Assembly: GCF_052425735.1 (NCBI RefSeq) | Contig: NC_135767.1 | Location: forward strand, 18,042,001 to 18,106,000 | DNA: 64,000 nt | Source: Oculina patagonica | Taxonomy: Eukaryota | Direction of reading: 5' to 3' | Shown: piece by piece, positions 12,813 through 25,994 of the stretch | Numbering within the stretch: the first letter of the stretch is position 1 | Layout: each line of letters begins with the position of its first letter | The notes under the pieces: generated by a model | The model's input: the letters and a program-made list of their open reading frames with translations, nothing else | Databases searched by the model: none | Told to the model about the DNA's origin: nothing | Program-made: the position numbers and the translations under genes

Positions 12813-13732
12813 AAATTACTCAACTGTTTCAATATGTCCTGCACTGCACGCCTCACTCCATTGATTCTCCAACAGTAAAGAATCGGGTTCAAAGATGAGT
12901 TAACTGGGCCAAGAGTTCCTACTAAAAGAGTTGCGAGGTGAAGCGATGGAGAATAGCCCATGTCGTACTGCATACTGCTAATTATACCATAAGGTAGGTA
13001 ACACGCTAACATAGCTAACTGAACACATATTGCTGTTGTTACTGTCTTTTTGTATCGTGCCATGTTCGGAGGATGCATCCCTCGTCCGTTCGGTTGTCTT
13101 TGCCGAAAAACGTCTTGTGTTGCATAGTGTTGACGAAGTGTTAGATAAATCTTCAGGTAGGAAAAAAATGAGATTGCTAAAGAAGAGTAGATGACCGCAG
13201 AGATTACCGTTGTTATTAAAACGTACTGCCAGAAAAACCTTAAAATGCTGACAGAAATGTTAAAAATCCAAAAGCAAATCAGCGTTGCTCGGATTCGCCT
13301 CAAAGTGACTGCCTGTCTGTATCGTAGTCCCAGTGATAGAGCGAGAAGTCTGTCCACGCTTATTGCAATCAATGTAAGCAATGCCACCCCAAAGAAGCTT
13401 CCACCAAGGGTTTCGATGATGCTCACAACGGTGTAACAGAGTTGTCGATGTTCATTTGCTGTAGAGAGCAATTGGATGACAAATAGAGGTTGTACAAAAA
13501 CACCAACACAAAAATCCGTTACTGCCAGGCATTTAAACATTAGTTTTGTCGGCGGAAAAAGGGAAGTCTCCCTTTGAAGAGCAGCCAGGATCAAAGCGTT
13601 TCCCAGGGACGCAGTGATGGCGAGAAGAATATTTATAGCTGCTAGTAGATAGATATAATATTTCATGTGTGACAAACTTTTGCAAGTTACTGCTAGTATT
13701 TCTTCGTAGGTGAGCTCCTTCGTCGGTAACAT
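12803..13732 (-). CDS. GA1: intronless class A orphan GPCR, 309 aa when read from the second ATG; the ancestral ATG at 13739 is frameshifted
   Basis: Full 7TM motifs (LGN, LAVTD, SVDRL, CYLPY, NSSLNPILY); 1-nt insertion at ~13715 relative to paralog GA2. Confidence 0.8.
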   Translation of the reverse strand: MLPTKELTYEEILAVTCKSLSHMKYYIYLLAAINILLAITASLGNALILAALQRETSLFPPTKLMFKCLAVTDFCVGVFVQPLFVIQLLSTANEHRQLCYTVVSIIETLGGSFFGVALLTLIAISVDRLLALSLGLRYRQAVTLRRIRATLICFWIFNISVSILRFFWQYVLITTVISAVIYSSLAISFFSYLKIYLTLRQHYATQDVFRQRQPNGRGMHPPNMARYKKTVTTAICVQLAMLACYLPYGIISSMQYDMGYSPSLHLATLLVGTLGPVNSSLNPILYCWRINGVRRAVQDILKQLSNFLS

Positions 13733-15250
13733 TCGCCATTATGACTTTACTTGAAAGCGATTTCTCGATAATGCAGAATCTGTTCAATGTTTTACTGCTA
13801 AAGTAAAACACCTAACTGCTTCATCGGCTTCGAGATAGTTCTATTATTTTTTTCGGCAAGTGAAATAACTTTAAAAATATGTTTAATATTATGACTTTGG
13901 TATTTATTGACCCAGCTGGCGATGACGTATAGCGCACCTAAGTGATATAAACAATATTTCTCTTTCTCTAAACATATTAAGAACTGATAGATTTAAACTG
14001 AACCCTCGCTACAAAGCCTCTTTTCAAACAAGTAAGTTTAACCTGACCCAAAATGGTGTGATAAATAGTAAAAGAAAGTTCCTGTTGACCGTTTCTTGTC
14101 CTATTTGATTCTCATTCAAAGTAGAAAACAGAATTAAAATTTCTTTAATGAGTTTTGTCACAAACGGCGGATGTTTATCGTCTGTAATCCGTATTAATCT
14201 TCTTCAGTCGAAGGCACGTCACTTTCTTGTTTATTTTCGGTTTTGATTACCTCTTTGTTATTTCCTACCTTAGAAAAAAAACAATATATTTTTTAAGGTT
14301 TCCTTGAATTTAAAAGTAATTTTGCACATCAAAAAATTGTCTCCGACTGATGAAGACAAAGCTCCCTTAATGGCGATCTTGAGATAGAAATTTAACGGCA
14401 GGAAGGTTTTCTCTGCAAAAAAAATCAAAACTTGATTTAAATTAAATTTTTAATGGACAAAGTTTCTGGATTTGGCTCCACATGCAAAAAAATATGTTGC
14501 ATGCTTTCCAATTTCTTGACGAAATGTGGAACGAAATATATTCAATATGAAAAACGCGCCTCAGGGATTGGATTCGATATTGAAGTCAGTGGTTCAATTC
14601 TAAGATGCGAGTTTCTGATCATCGTTTGAAAATTAAAGTCGTAATTGTTATTTATTTACGATGTCTCTAACATCTCCCAAGGAATAAATAACTGATAATA
14701 AGGAGTCCAAACTGTAGGGTATTGTTTTAATTGCTGATTTGGAAGGGTAAGCCAAACAAATTATGTTTAAAATATTTTCAAGTCATTCTTTTGCGGGGGT
14801 TTGATTTAATTTCATTTTATGTTAATAACTTACTAAACTGCTAAACGCGTCAAAGATGTAATCCTTGGAAAGAAAAGTAATTAATTAACTTTTGCATCCA
14901 ACACAAATGTCAATTGTAATGAGGGAGTTTAATATTCTGTTCACCTTTGTATGACTTTCAGAATTCCACACAAGGTTCTTTCTTGACTCATCGCATATGG
15001 CAATTGGCTGTCAGTGGTCTTAACTTTCTTTGTTGTTCCCGCCAAGGTCGCGATAAAATGTTGTGCATTTATTAAATCTTTGTTTGCACAACGTTTCAGG
15101 CAAAACCAAGAAAACCACACTGTCACTTTTGCCCAAACCGGCAGGAAATATCATTTATCACGTTTTTTGTTGAAAAACATTTGATTGAAAGCTGTTTATA
15201 AACTATCCTTAAATGTTCATCAACGTCAAAATTGACGAAATATGGCTTAA

Positions 15251-15896
15251 GGTGATTCCACTGAAATAGAAGGAGTATTAAAAATTTTCTGAAACTTGGT
15301 CCAGGTTACAATTATGTTATGAGCATTAAAAAAATGAAATAAAAAATGGGGGTCACCGCGCTAGTTTTTGTGTAAAATGGATGGGCATTATAGCAAATAT
15401 AAGACCCGCGAGATATATATTAGGAACCCTAGTAATCCAAATGGGGATCGCTATTGTTTCCAGAAAAAAACATTTTTGCATTAAAGAATTAGTCTAGTTC
15501 AACAAAATAGACTTTGATCTTATATTAAAAACCATTCTTATTGTACAGAAAGTAAGATAAGGAAAGAAATTTAAGATTTTGCTTCGTGCGCACGTTAACG
15601 GCACTACCTAAAAACGTGTTTTTTACAGCATTAAAATTAAAATATCTCAACGTAGAATTTTAAACTTTTTTTTAAATCGCGATATATTGTAGACAACAGT
15701 ATGACATTTAAATAAATGCATTAAAAAATGGGGGTCACCGTGCTCGTTTAAGAGAAAATGACCATTTATTTCCTTACCGAGCTTAGCCTAAAGGGAATCT
15801 CGTAGTGTTCTGTCTGCGCGCGCGCTCGTGCGCGCGCTAAATGACGCGAAAACATATGCGCAGAAAGGATGCGCAATGCAATACCGTGGAATCACC
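15251..15896. mobile_element. Non-autonomous TTAA-targeting DNA transposon (Kolobok-like)
   Basis: TTAA-GGTGATTCCAC...GTGGAATCACC-TTAA; absent at the paralogous site ~29228 (ATGGCTTCAAGGTAACATC). Confidence 0.9.
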
Positions 15897-16854
15897 TTAA
15901 AGGTAACATAAAGTTTCCAACTGTTGTCAGATAGGGTACAGATTAAGCACCGGACCTTTTCGGTATTTTTTAGTCTCTTTAGTCGCTAGATGTAATATCA
16001 GGACCTTTTAAACTCGCTAATCTAGAAAACAGCACGTCCCACTTTTTTTCTCACTGCTTATGGGTCCAACTAAATTTTCAGTTAAACAAAAAAGTTAAAA
16101 AAGAACCTGGGTGATACGTTAACTAATTCTTTTTCGATCGCGAGATATTAAAGGACTTCTACAACATCTTATTTTAAAAATGAAAACGGGAGTCATCTTC
16201 GTTTTAAGAAATTAGATTTTATCCAAGTAGATTACGCACAGCTGCCAACTTCACTTAATTTATCAATACATTTATGACGGACGATTTCACATAGAAAAGG
16301 TTAATTCAGTAATCACATGCAGGTTACATCATGTAAATAATCTGATAAACCAGTTTTTATTTGTTGATTATTGTATATTGCCGTAATAGACCTTCAGGAA
16401 CCACAACATGTCCATGAAAACATAAAAATAATATAAGTAAAAGAACGAATATGAAATTTCCTTCTTTGTTTCATATAGGCAACTGTTAAGGAATACCATA
16501 TCATTCTTTAAATGAAATGCAATTTTGTTTTAAACATATTCTTAAGATGGAAGTGCGACAGTTGATTTACGACATTGTAACCGAAAAGTCAGGAGTAAAG
16601 TCTTCCGAATGCACTTTACAATGATTGACCCGAGAGCTATTACTACTTTGACCCCAACACACATATTATAAAAACTTCATTTCAATGTACGATTACCAGC
16701 TAACTCTTTATATATACCAGTTTGCAATTTTTGTAATAAAGTTTAAAATTAAAGTCAACTGGATCTTGACTACAAAATCTGTTTCAACTACATTGGAAAA
16801 TACCTCAGATTTTGTTACCATGATATGCTCGGAATTTTACTAAAACCATTTCAG

Positions 16855-17799
16855 CTAACACTGAAGAAAATTACATGGGTGTGTTATCATATTCTTCACT
16901 GCTTGTCTAACACCGTTAATCTTCCAACAGTAAAGAATCGGGTTAAGAGATGAGTTTAATAATACAAGAGTTATTGTAAGTCTAACTGCTAGATTAAACG
17001 ATGGTACATATCCACCAGCAAGCGCTATAGCGACAATAATACCATAAGGAAGATAGCAAGCTACGAGTGCTAACTGGACATACAGTGCTGTGGATACTGT
17101 CTTTCTGTATCGTGCTATATTCAGAAGATTCGTTCTCCCTTGGTTGGGTTGTCTTTGTTGAAAAATGTCTTGCGTTGCATAGTGTTGGCGAAGTGTTACA
17201 TAAATCTTTAAATAACAGAACGCCGAGATTGCTAGAGAAGAATAAATTACCACAGAAATTACCCTTGAAATTAGAAAGTAATGCCAAAACCTCCTTAAAC
17301 TGTTGGTGGAAATGTTAAAAATCCAAATGAAAATCACCACAAAGCGTGTTCGTCTCAAAGTTACTGTTTGTCTGTATCTTAAGCCCAAACGAAGAGCAAG
17401 AAGTCTGTCCACGCTTATTGCAGTTAGTGTAAGTAAAGAAACTCCGCTAAAACTTGAACCAGCGATTTCGTTGATGCTTACAACGGTGTAACAAAGACGT
17501 GGTTGTTCATATGTTGTAGAGATTAGCTGAATGACAAATACTGGTTGAGCCAAAATTCCAACGAAAAGATCCGTGACTGCTAGGCACTGGAACATCAGTT
17601 TTGACGGCGGATGAAGGGAAGACGGCTTTCGAAGAGCAGCAAGGATAAGAACATTTCCTAGGGTTGCAGTTATGGCGAGAAGAATGTTAATGGCTGCTAG
17701 TGAGTGTATAAGGTGATTTCCATATTGGGACGGTGTGCAAGCTAATGCTTGTATTATTTCATAGATTTCATCCTTGGTGAAGTTATTCGACATTGTCAT
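16855..17799 (-). CDS. GB1: intronless class A orphan GPCR, 314 aa
   Basis: Intact ORF with LGN, LAVTD, SVDRL, CYLPY and NSSLNPILY motifs. Confidence 0.95.
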   Translation of the reverse strand: MTMSNNFTKDEIYEIIQALACTPSQYGNHLIHSLAAINILLAITATLGNVLILAALRKPSSLHPPSKLMFQCLAVTDLFVGILAQPVFVIQLISTTYEQPRLCYTVVSINEIAGSSFSGVSLLTLTAISVDRLLALRLGLRYRQTVTLRRTRFVVIFIWIFNISTNSLRRFWHYFLISRVISVVIYSSLAISAFCYLKIYVTLRQHYATQDIFQQRQPNQGRTNLLNIARYRKTVSTALYVQLALVACYLPYGIIVAIALAGGYVPSFNLAVRLTITLVLLNSSLNPILYCWKINGVRQAVKNMITHPCNFLQC

Positions 17800-19979
17800 T
17801 GAGAGTAGAAAAACTTTTAAGGTGACCCAAACTTACGCTTTGCTTATTAACCAGATATTTGCTTCATCGACTTTGCCTTGTCTTCTTTTTGTTCCGAAAG
17901 TGATAAGAAAAAGATAATTATGCTAAATATTTGTGAGTTTCCTATTTATACAGCTGTCTTTATGAGTGATATGACGTTAAATTGTGAAATACGTAATCAG
18001 TACTCTCTACTCAAACAGACTATTAGTTTTTTCATAGCATTTTAACAACGAGTATATATCATGAATAAGGCCGAAAACGATCATTTAATGTAAAATAGAG
18101 TTCGCGGACAATTTTCTTTCACACTTAATTAGCGATTAAAATTTCAAAATTGAAGTTTAATTCGCATGTTAATTATGCCATTATCTTAAATCCGGTTTTG
18201 TCGATTTCTGATTTATGTTTAAAATGTAATCTGAATTTTGAAAGGTTCTTTTTTCAACTGTAAGCACGTCAAAAAAATTACATTCAAACTTATAATAATT
18301 TATTTTTTTGTCGATTTGTGCAATTGAGCCGCAAGTTCCAACTGAACTTAAAAATTTTTGAACCATTCTTCAATATTCGATAGATTTGCCTGACGGGATA
18401 ATTTGGAAAAAAGGCTTATTGCACGCGATGTTGAAATAGAGATAGGTCAAAACAAATGTAAATTTCTACCCTTCCTAAAAGATATAACACCTTTGGCCTA
18501 ACAAAAGATCATCTTAGGAGTTCTAATTCATCAGAGTGTTTCTCATATTTCCTAATGGCCTTTTAGGGAAGTCTTTATGTTAAGTTAATTTTCGTTAAGT
18601 CTTTTCCTCCAAAAAAAATGTCAACAATAGCTGTTCACCACGACGCAAATAAAGATTTTAATATTTCATCTGGTTACCTTGACGTGCGTTTTACTTTGAA
18701 TACATGTTTCGCCGCACGACTGAATTCTCTAAGCTTGTTTTCACACTGCGTCATCAAAACTCTTAATTTAAACTTATGGATGCTGACAGGCTGTTGTTTT
18801 GGAAAATTCTTGACATCAGTTTCACTAGTTTATTGGAAGAGTTTTGCTTTAGCAGAGTGTTTTGAAATTTGAGATAGCCTTATGCAAAGTGATCTGAAAT
18901 GTTACAGAAACCTATATTTTTGCAATTAAAATACTTTCAGTTATGCTTATTCCGAGTTAAAAATTATAACTAAAATTTCCCAACACAAAGTTTCATGTCA
19001 ATGGTGACAAATAACTGTTTTATTATTGGGGCGGACCCATACTAAGTTCTGCAATTTTCCAACCATTTTGTTTTTTTCTACTTAAACTGTGCCACTTGAA
19101 ACAAAATTAACCAAATAAAACGTTAATGCCCAATTCCCTCTATGGCGCGCCTGCAGAGAATCATGGTAATTGTATTCATCGTTGCTAAGTTCGATGCTAA
19201 GTCTCGCGCATGGTTTAATTTGTAATCATATCTCTGTTATTTTATTATTTTTCTTAATAAGGGACTTGCTACTAACTTTTATTTCAAGGATATTTAATTA
19301 AATGTGATATAAAGTTAAAAAAAATCAAAAATGGCGAACTCAAGATGGCGGCTCTTTCAATATTAAAGACGTCATAATGACGTCAGTATTGTTATTGTTG
19401 GTTTTGACAACAAAAGATTAATATTTTTAGACACAAGAATCTTATGATACACGAGCCCGTTAAAAGGTTGTGGATATTCATTCAATCATAATGGAAATAT
19501 CGTTAAATACTAGTTCAGCCAAATAAAATCATAAATGACGTCATATTACGTAAAAATGGCACCAAAGCAACTAGAGTTGTAAGAATTACTGTCTTCGTCA
19601 TCTTATGTAAATTTGTTAACCATAGAATCGACTCTTTTAAAGTTACAGAGAGAAGAAAGCTTCTGAAGCCCTCCGGGCCCAGAATAATAAAAAGTCGCGG
19701 ATTGGATTGGATTAATTGCTTCTTTGACCATTGTACACATCCCGGGGGTACTCCATATAGTGGTCTATACAGGGAGGCTCCGCCCGAAAGAGGTTCCTTT
19801 TTCAGGTTGCAGGTATATAAAAAGGTGATGCATTCACTTTAACGAATCAAACGCTAAACTGAAAAAAAATTGAAACAAAAACGTTTCTATAAGCTTACAC
19901 ACAAAAATGAAACCTTCCATACAGGACTGTTACATTCGAATTCAACAGCTCTATTCCTCCTAACTATTTCCCTAAAGCT

Positions 19980-20926
19980 CTAACTAAGAAAATTGCACAA
20001 CTGTGCCAAGTATGTCCTTCACTGCACGCCTCACACCATTGATTCTCCAGCAGTAAAGAGTCGGGTTTAAAGATGAGTTTACTGGGCCAAGAGTTCCTAC
20101 TAAAAGAGTTGCGAGGTTGAGGGATGGAGAATAGCCCATGTCGTACTGCATACTGCTAATTATACCATAAGGTAGGTAACACGCTAACATAGCTAACTGA
20201 ACACATATTGCTGTTGTTACTGTCTTTTTGTATCGTGCTATGTTTAGAGGATGCATCCCTCCTCCGTTCGGTTGTCTTTGCCGAAAAACGTCTTGTGTTG
20301 CATAGTGTTGCATAGTGTTGACGAAGTGTTAGATAAATCTTCAGGTACGAAAAACATGAGATTGCTAAAGAAGAATAGATGACCGCAGAAATTACCGTTG
20401 TTATTAAAACGTACTGCCAGAAAAACCTTAAAATGCTGACAGAAATGTTAAAAATCCAAAAGCAAATCAACGTTGCTCATATCCGCTTCAAAGTGACTGT
20501 CTGTCTGTATCGTAGTCCCAGTGATAGAGCGAGAAGTCTGTCCACGCTTATTGCAATCAAAGTGAGCAATGCCACTCCGAAGAAGCTTCCACCACCGATT
20601 TCAATGATGCTGACAACGTTATAACAGAGTTGTCGATGTTCATTTGCTGTAGAGATCAACTGGGTGACAAATAGAGGTTGTACAAAAACACCAACGCAAA
20701 AATCCGTCACTGCCAGGCATTTAAACATGAGTTTTGTCGGTGGATAAAGCGATGACTTCCTTTGAAGAGCAGCCAGGATCAAAGCGTTTCCCAGAGACGC
20801 AGTGATGGCGAGAAGAATATTTATAGCTGTTAGTAGATAGATATAATATTTCGCGTATGGCAAACTTGTACAAGTTACTGCTAGTATTTCTTCGTAGGTG
20901 AGTCCTTCGTCGGTAACATTCGCCAT
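19980..20926 (-). pseudogene. GA2: GPCR pseudogene, paralog of GA1
   Basis: CGA>TGA nonsense at 20477-20479; 10-bp duplication CATAGTGTTG at 20301-20320 (frameshift); additional 1-nt indel near 20008. Confidence 0.92.
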
Positions 20927-23900
20927 AATGATTTTACTTGAAAGCGGTTTCTAGATAATGCAGAATCTGCTCAATGTTTTACTTCTAAAGTTAGACACCT
21001 AACGGCTTCATCGGCTTCAAGATAGTTCTATTATTTTTTCGGCAAGTGAAATAACTTTAAAAATATGTTTAATATTATGACTTTGGTATTTATTGAATCA
21101 GCTGGCGATGACTAATAGCGCCCCTAAGTGATATCATAAACAATATTTCTCTCTCTTTCCCTAAACATATTAAGAACTGAAAGATTTAAATCGAATCCTC
21201 GCTACAAAGCCTGTTTACAAATAAGTAATTTAGTGTGACCCAAAATGGTCTAATAAATTGTACAAGAAAGTTTATGCTGTTATGTTTTGTCCACCTGCTT
21301 CTCATTCACAGTAGAAAACAGAAATAAAATTTCTTTAATGAGTTTTGTCACGAACGGCGGATGTTTATCGTCTGTAATCCTTATCAATCTTCTTAAGTCG
21401 TAATCACGCTTCCATGCTTATTTTTGGTTTGTCATCATTTCTTTGTTATTTTTCTGCCTTAAGTACAATGTATTTTAATAATGATAGATTTCTAGGTTTC
21501 CTTCAAATTTGAACGCAATTTCGAGCATCAAAAGTTATTTCAGTTGTCAAAGCATTGCCCTTCACTGGCGATCTTGGAATAGAAATTTAACGGCAGAAAG
21601 TTTTTTCCTCGAAAATATAACTTAATTTTAATTATATTTTTTATCGAAATCAGTATCTGGATTTGGCTCCACGTTTCCATTTAAAAATGTTGAATGCTTT
21701 TTAATTTTCACTGCTGACAAAATGTGGAACGGAATAAATTCAATATGAAAAACGCCTCAGGGATTGGATCGATATTGAAGTCAGTGGCCGTTTGTCGATA
21801 CTAAGATGCGACTTTCTGTTAACCATTTGAAAATTAAAGTCGTAATTGTTATTTATTTACGATGTCTCTAAGATCTCCCAAGGAATAAATTACTGATAAT
21901 AAGGTGTTCAAACTGTAGGGTATTGTTTTAATTACTGATTTGGAATGGTAAGCCAAACAAATTATGTTTAAAATATTTTCGAGTCATTCTTTTGCGGGGG
22001 TTTGATTAAATTTCATTTTATGTTAAAAACTTTCAAAACTGCTAAACGCGCCAAAGAGGTAATCCTTGGAAAAAAAAGTAATTAATTAACTTTTGCATCC
22101 AACACAAATGTCAATTGTAATGAGGGAGTTTAATATTCTGTTTTCCTTTGTATGACCTTCAGAATTTCACACAAGGTTCTTTCTTGACTCATTGCATATG
22201 GTAATTGGCTATCAGTGGTCTTAACTTTCTTTCTTGTTCCCGCCAAGGTCACGATAAAATGTTGTGCATTTATTAAATCTTTGTTTGCACAACGTTTCAG
22301 GCAAAACCAAGGAAACCACACTGTCAAGTCGTGTAAAGCTTGCTAAAATGAAGGCAGAATCCATTTAATAAGGGTATCACGTTTTCTGTTGAAAAACATT
22401 TGACTGAAAGCTGTTTATAAACTTTCCGGCCTTTAATGTTCTTCAACGTCAACTTAATTGTTTTCTACCTCAAGTTGATGCATATGACTAGTTTAAGAGC
22501 TTCTTAAATAGTTATATTAAAGGATAACGAGATATACAGCTTTTGCCCAAGCCGATAGGAAATATCATTTATCACGTTTTTTGTTGAAAAACATTTGATT
22601 GAAAGCTGTTCATAAACTATCCTTAAATGTTCATCAACGTCAAAATTACACTGTTAATTCAAAAGATCTGTTTTAGCCCCAAAGTGCCGATTTAGCCCCA
22701 ATAGGCCAGGAGCTAATTTGGCCCCTCTGAGGGCTATTTTGAAAATTTGGCGCAAAATGGCCCCTGCGAAAACCAATTCGTCCCCATATAAAACCAATTT
22801 AGCCTTCACTGTAAAGCGATTCAGCCCTCAAGTCCATTACAGCCCTAGTCATCAGAGTTGTTTTGACCCTAAATATTAGAGTCACTTCCCTTACAAATCT
22901 GAGCTGCCCCAGTTAAAGGGTCAATTTGGCACTGGTCCGGTACTGATTTAGACCTTATCTTTTGGGTCGTTTTGAGTATTTTAATTATGGACAGAAAAAG
23001 TCGAATTTTCACATGCTAAGTAGCTGTGGATATCGCAATCTTTTAACAATACATTGTATTGCAGTGAAAATTGAGAAAAAAGGCATTTTGTTTGCATCAT
23101 GTTTTTGTGATATCCCCGCGCAATAATGCGCAATTTAAAATTTAAGATACAAGTCCAGTTCCAGTCGACTTATAATGTGTATGGATGTCAGGGATGTACT
23201 CATGATTTTTGAATCGATCCCCTTTAATCCTTTGAATATGATTGTATCGAAAAATGTTTTGTTTTTTCATGATTTTCTGTTGTTTGATAGATGCCGTTGT
23301 TACGATTTTTTTCTCTTTGCGCACGTTGCGTGCCTTTTTTGCGCTGGCCGAGAGGCTCTGGACCGAATATGCGCTATGTAAGTTCTTCCCGGCGTCCCTT
23401 TCGGTACTTTTGGCGCTTGATTCTGAACTCGCAACGGTTTCGAAGGTCGCTTCTCATCACTGGAGTTAATTTTTATGCACGAAATAGACCGTTTTCATCT
23501 CGTAAAGCGCAGTTCTAAGAGCCGAGAAGCTGTATGGAGCCTTCTTGCATCGGATCTCAGATTTTTACGCCTGTGTCGACCGTTCTTGTTGACCAAGCGA
23601 AGGTAATCTCGATTGTGTCCATGTGCTGCCTGATTCTAGTGATTCCTAGATTGTCGACTGTGAAGGTGAGAATTCCTCAAGTTTTGAGATGCTAAATGAT
23701 ATAGTATGAAGAAACATCCTCGTTAATGTACATGTTAAACGTGGGAAAATGGTTGATCGTTTCTGGGCTGAAATGAACTTTACACGTTTCACTAACTAAT
23801 AATGTGCCAGGGTCACTAGGAAGAACAGTTTTACTGATTATGTGCCCTGTGTGAATAATAAACCCTAAGACTAATCGATTATAAAGCAGTAATCGTATGA

Positions 23901-25994
23901 TCTACATTGAATATGTCTGTTATTGTTTGCTAAGACATTGCATTGGCTGATACTATAATTATTTGGCAGACTTTTTCGTTTGGTGCAATGCTGCTTTATG
24001 GTGTGATTTAGGTTTATGCCAGGGTGGTGTTTAGCTTTATATGCTAAGGTATCCTATCCTGTTAGGTATTGTTAAATCACACTGTTTAGTGCCATGCACC
24101 TTGACTATTATGATGACAATAATTTTTATCCTGAGCCCTTTACCTTTGGTGCAGTGCTGCTTTACATGTTCGGTGTGATTAAGGTTTATGTCAGGTTGGT
24201 GTTTAGCTTTATGCTAAGGTGTCCTACTATAAGGCATTGATAAATCACACTGAACTGCACTACACTGCACAGTAGCTGTGTGTAAAGGCCATAACACATG
24301 TACATGTATTTCTCCAAGGAAATAATAATAAAAAGGTTCTTATTGCGCATTTAAAATTCTCGATGCCCTTACAATTGCATATGATTAAAAGGATAAAATA
24401 CAGAAATTCAGTACTAAGATAAAGAGTAAAAAAAGAATCTAACTAAAACATGCAAGGTCCATTTATATGTGCAGTGCAGCTTGATTTACAGAACATGTTT
24501 AACAAAAAAGGATCGTCTTTGTATTATAATGTTTCATTGATTTATTTGTGATAATATCTTGAGCACTAACCATTTAAAAATTTTGTTCCATATGGTTTAT
24601 ACAGAGTGAGACAAAATTAAACAGCTTTAGACAAAAACCTAGATTTGCCATTATTATTGTCTAAATTGATTTTCTCCATTTTTTTGTATATTGAAATGTC
24701 TTGGCAGTTGAGTGGAACATGATAAAATTGCTAATACCTTTATGTTGTTATTTTCAGATGGAAATTAATGTTGGGATGTCCAAAGGTACGTCAAATCCCA
24801 GATTTTATCAACTACACTGTATTTTAAAACTAGCTGCCTGGTTCCTTTTATTATATTTTTTAGGTTTAATTCTGCACAAAATAGTAATTGTCATATAGTT
24901 CAATTCTCATTTTTTTTAAAATTTAAATTGCTCAGAATTAAAAATGATTAGGTTATTGGGATTCACAACTACTGCTGTAGTTTCTCAATAACAGCTTTTT
25001 GTCAACAATTTTTCTGAGCCCCTTTTTGTTTGGAATGGTGATAATTGATATAGTACAGTGTATTCTACCTTGTTAGGCATTGACAAATCACAAGGTTGGC
25101 CGCAATATGTCATCATGCACTAGCTTGCCTATTAATACCAAGTTCTTCAAAATCTAATTCAGCATTGATTAATCAGTACATTTACTGTAGATGCAGAGTC
25201 CTAATTCTTCACACATTGGCTTTATGCAAAAGCCCAAAGGGTTACCGTACTTGGTATTTGAATAACAGCCATTTGCATATTATTCCTTTTTGTGACCTAA
25301 AGAAAATGTTATTTCTGGCATATGAATGAATGAAGTACTGTAGTCATAAATTAATATTCTAAAGGCACAATTGAGAGGTTCACAGGTTTTATGGGATGTA
25401 TATACATTGTAGGTTTTTGGCCAGGAATTTGGTAGGTCATTGTAGGTCAGTCAGTCCTTGTAAAAACTTGCCTTTCTTTTTTCTTTAATGTGTTTTTGTG
25501 TTTTCTTTTTTGTGTGTTTTCTTTAAAGTGTTTTCTTTTTTCTTTAAAGTGTTTTTGAATAGCTTATTTAAGCATGTTTACATGACAGATAAAATCGGTC
25601 TGGACCTGACCACATTTGCAGAGAAACAGTCAACTTTACACAGGGCCATAGGTGCCTATTGTGATGCTAATAATTATTTATTAATAATATTTGTATTGAA
25701 ATTCACTGTGGCGTACAGTGCAGTTGCATTACAAAGTTTCATCCCATCAAGTCTGAAAAATGGATTTACATGTACAACATGTGCTGGTAGTTCAATGATG
25801 TTTATTCTAATGTCTACAGTTGTAATTAAAATTAATTGTTTTGTTAGCCAAAACATGTCTAAGTCATTTATTGAATTTTTTTTTCATACAGTGTAGAACC
25901 ATACAGTACCTTGATGCAAGGAAAGCTACTGTTAGTGAAGAAGACACAAATCCTACAGGTAAGTGAAGAGGAAGGATAGCCAGAGTAGTCAGTA

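Larger units (their letters stand above)
12659..19837. repeat. Copy 1 of a ~7.2 kb head-to-tail segmental duplication (GA + GB receptor pair)
   Basis: Collinear with 19841..34231 across both genes and the intergenic DNA; junction ...GGTGATGCATTCAC-TTT-AACGAATCAAACGC at ~19837-19841. Confidence 0.9.

Noticed and set aside
16994-17491. Recurrent antisense and alternative-frame ORFs in the GPCR genes (also at 3187, 13191, 30358, 39307, 41858)
   Set aside because: Their recurrence is explained by paralogy of the main ORF; there is no independent coding signal.
18618-18872. 84-aa ORF duplicated at 31977..32231 (likewise 14941 and 22130)
   Set aside because: Part of the segmental duplication; no evidence that it is kept in the older paralogous upstream regions of G7 and G8, and no recognisable domain.
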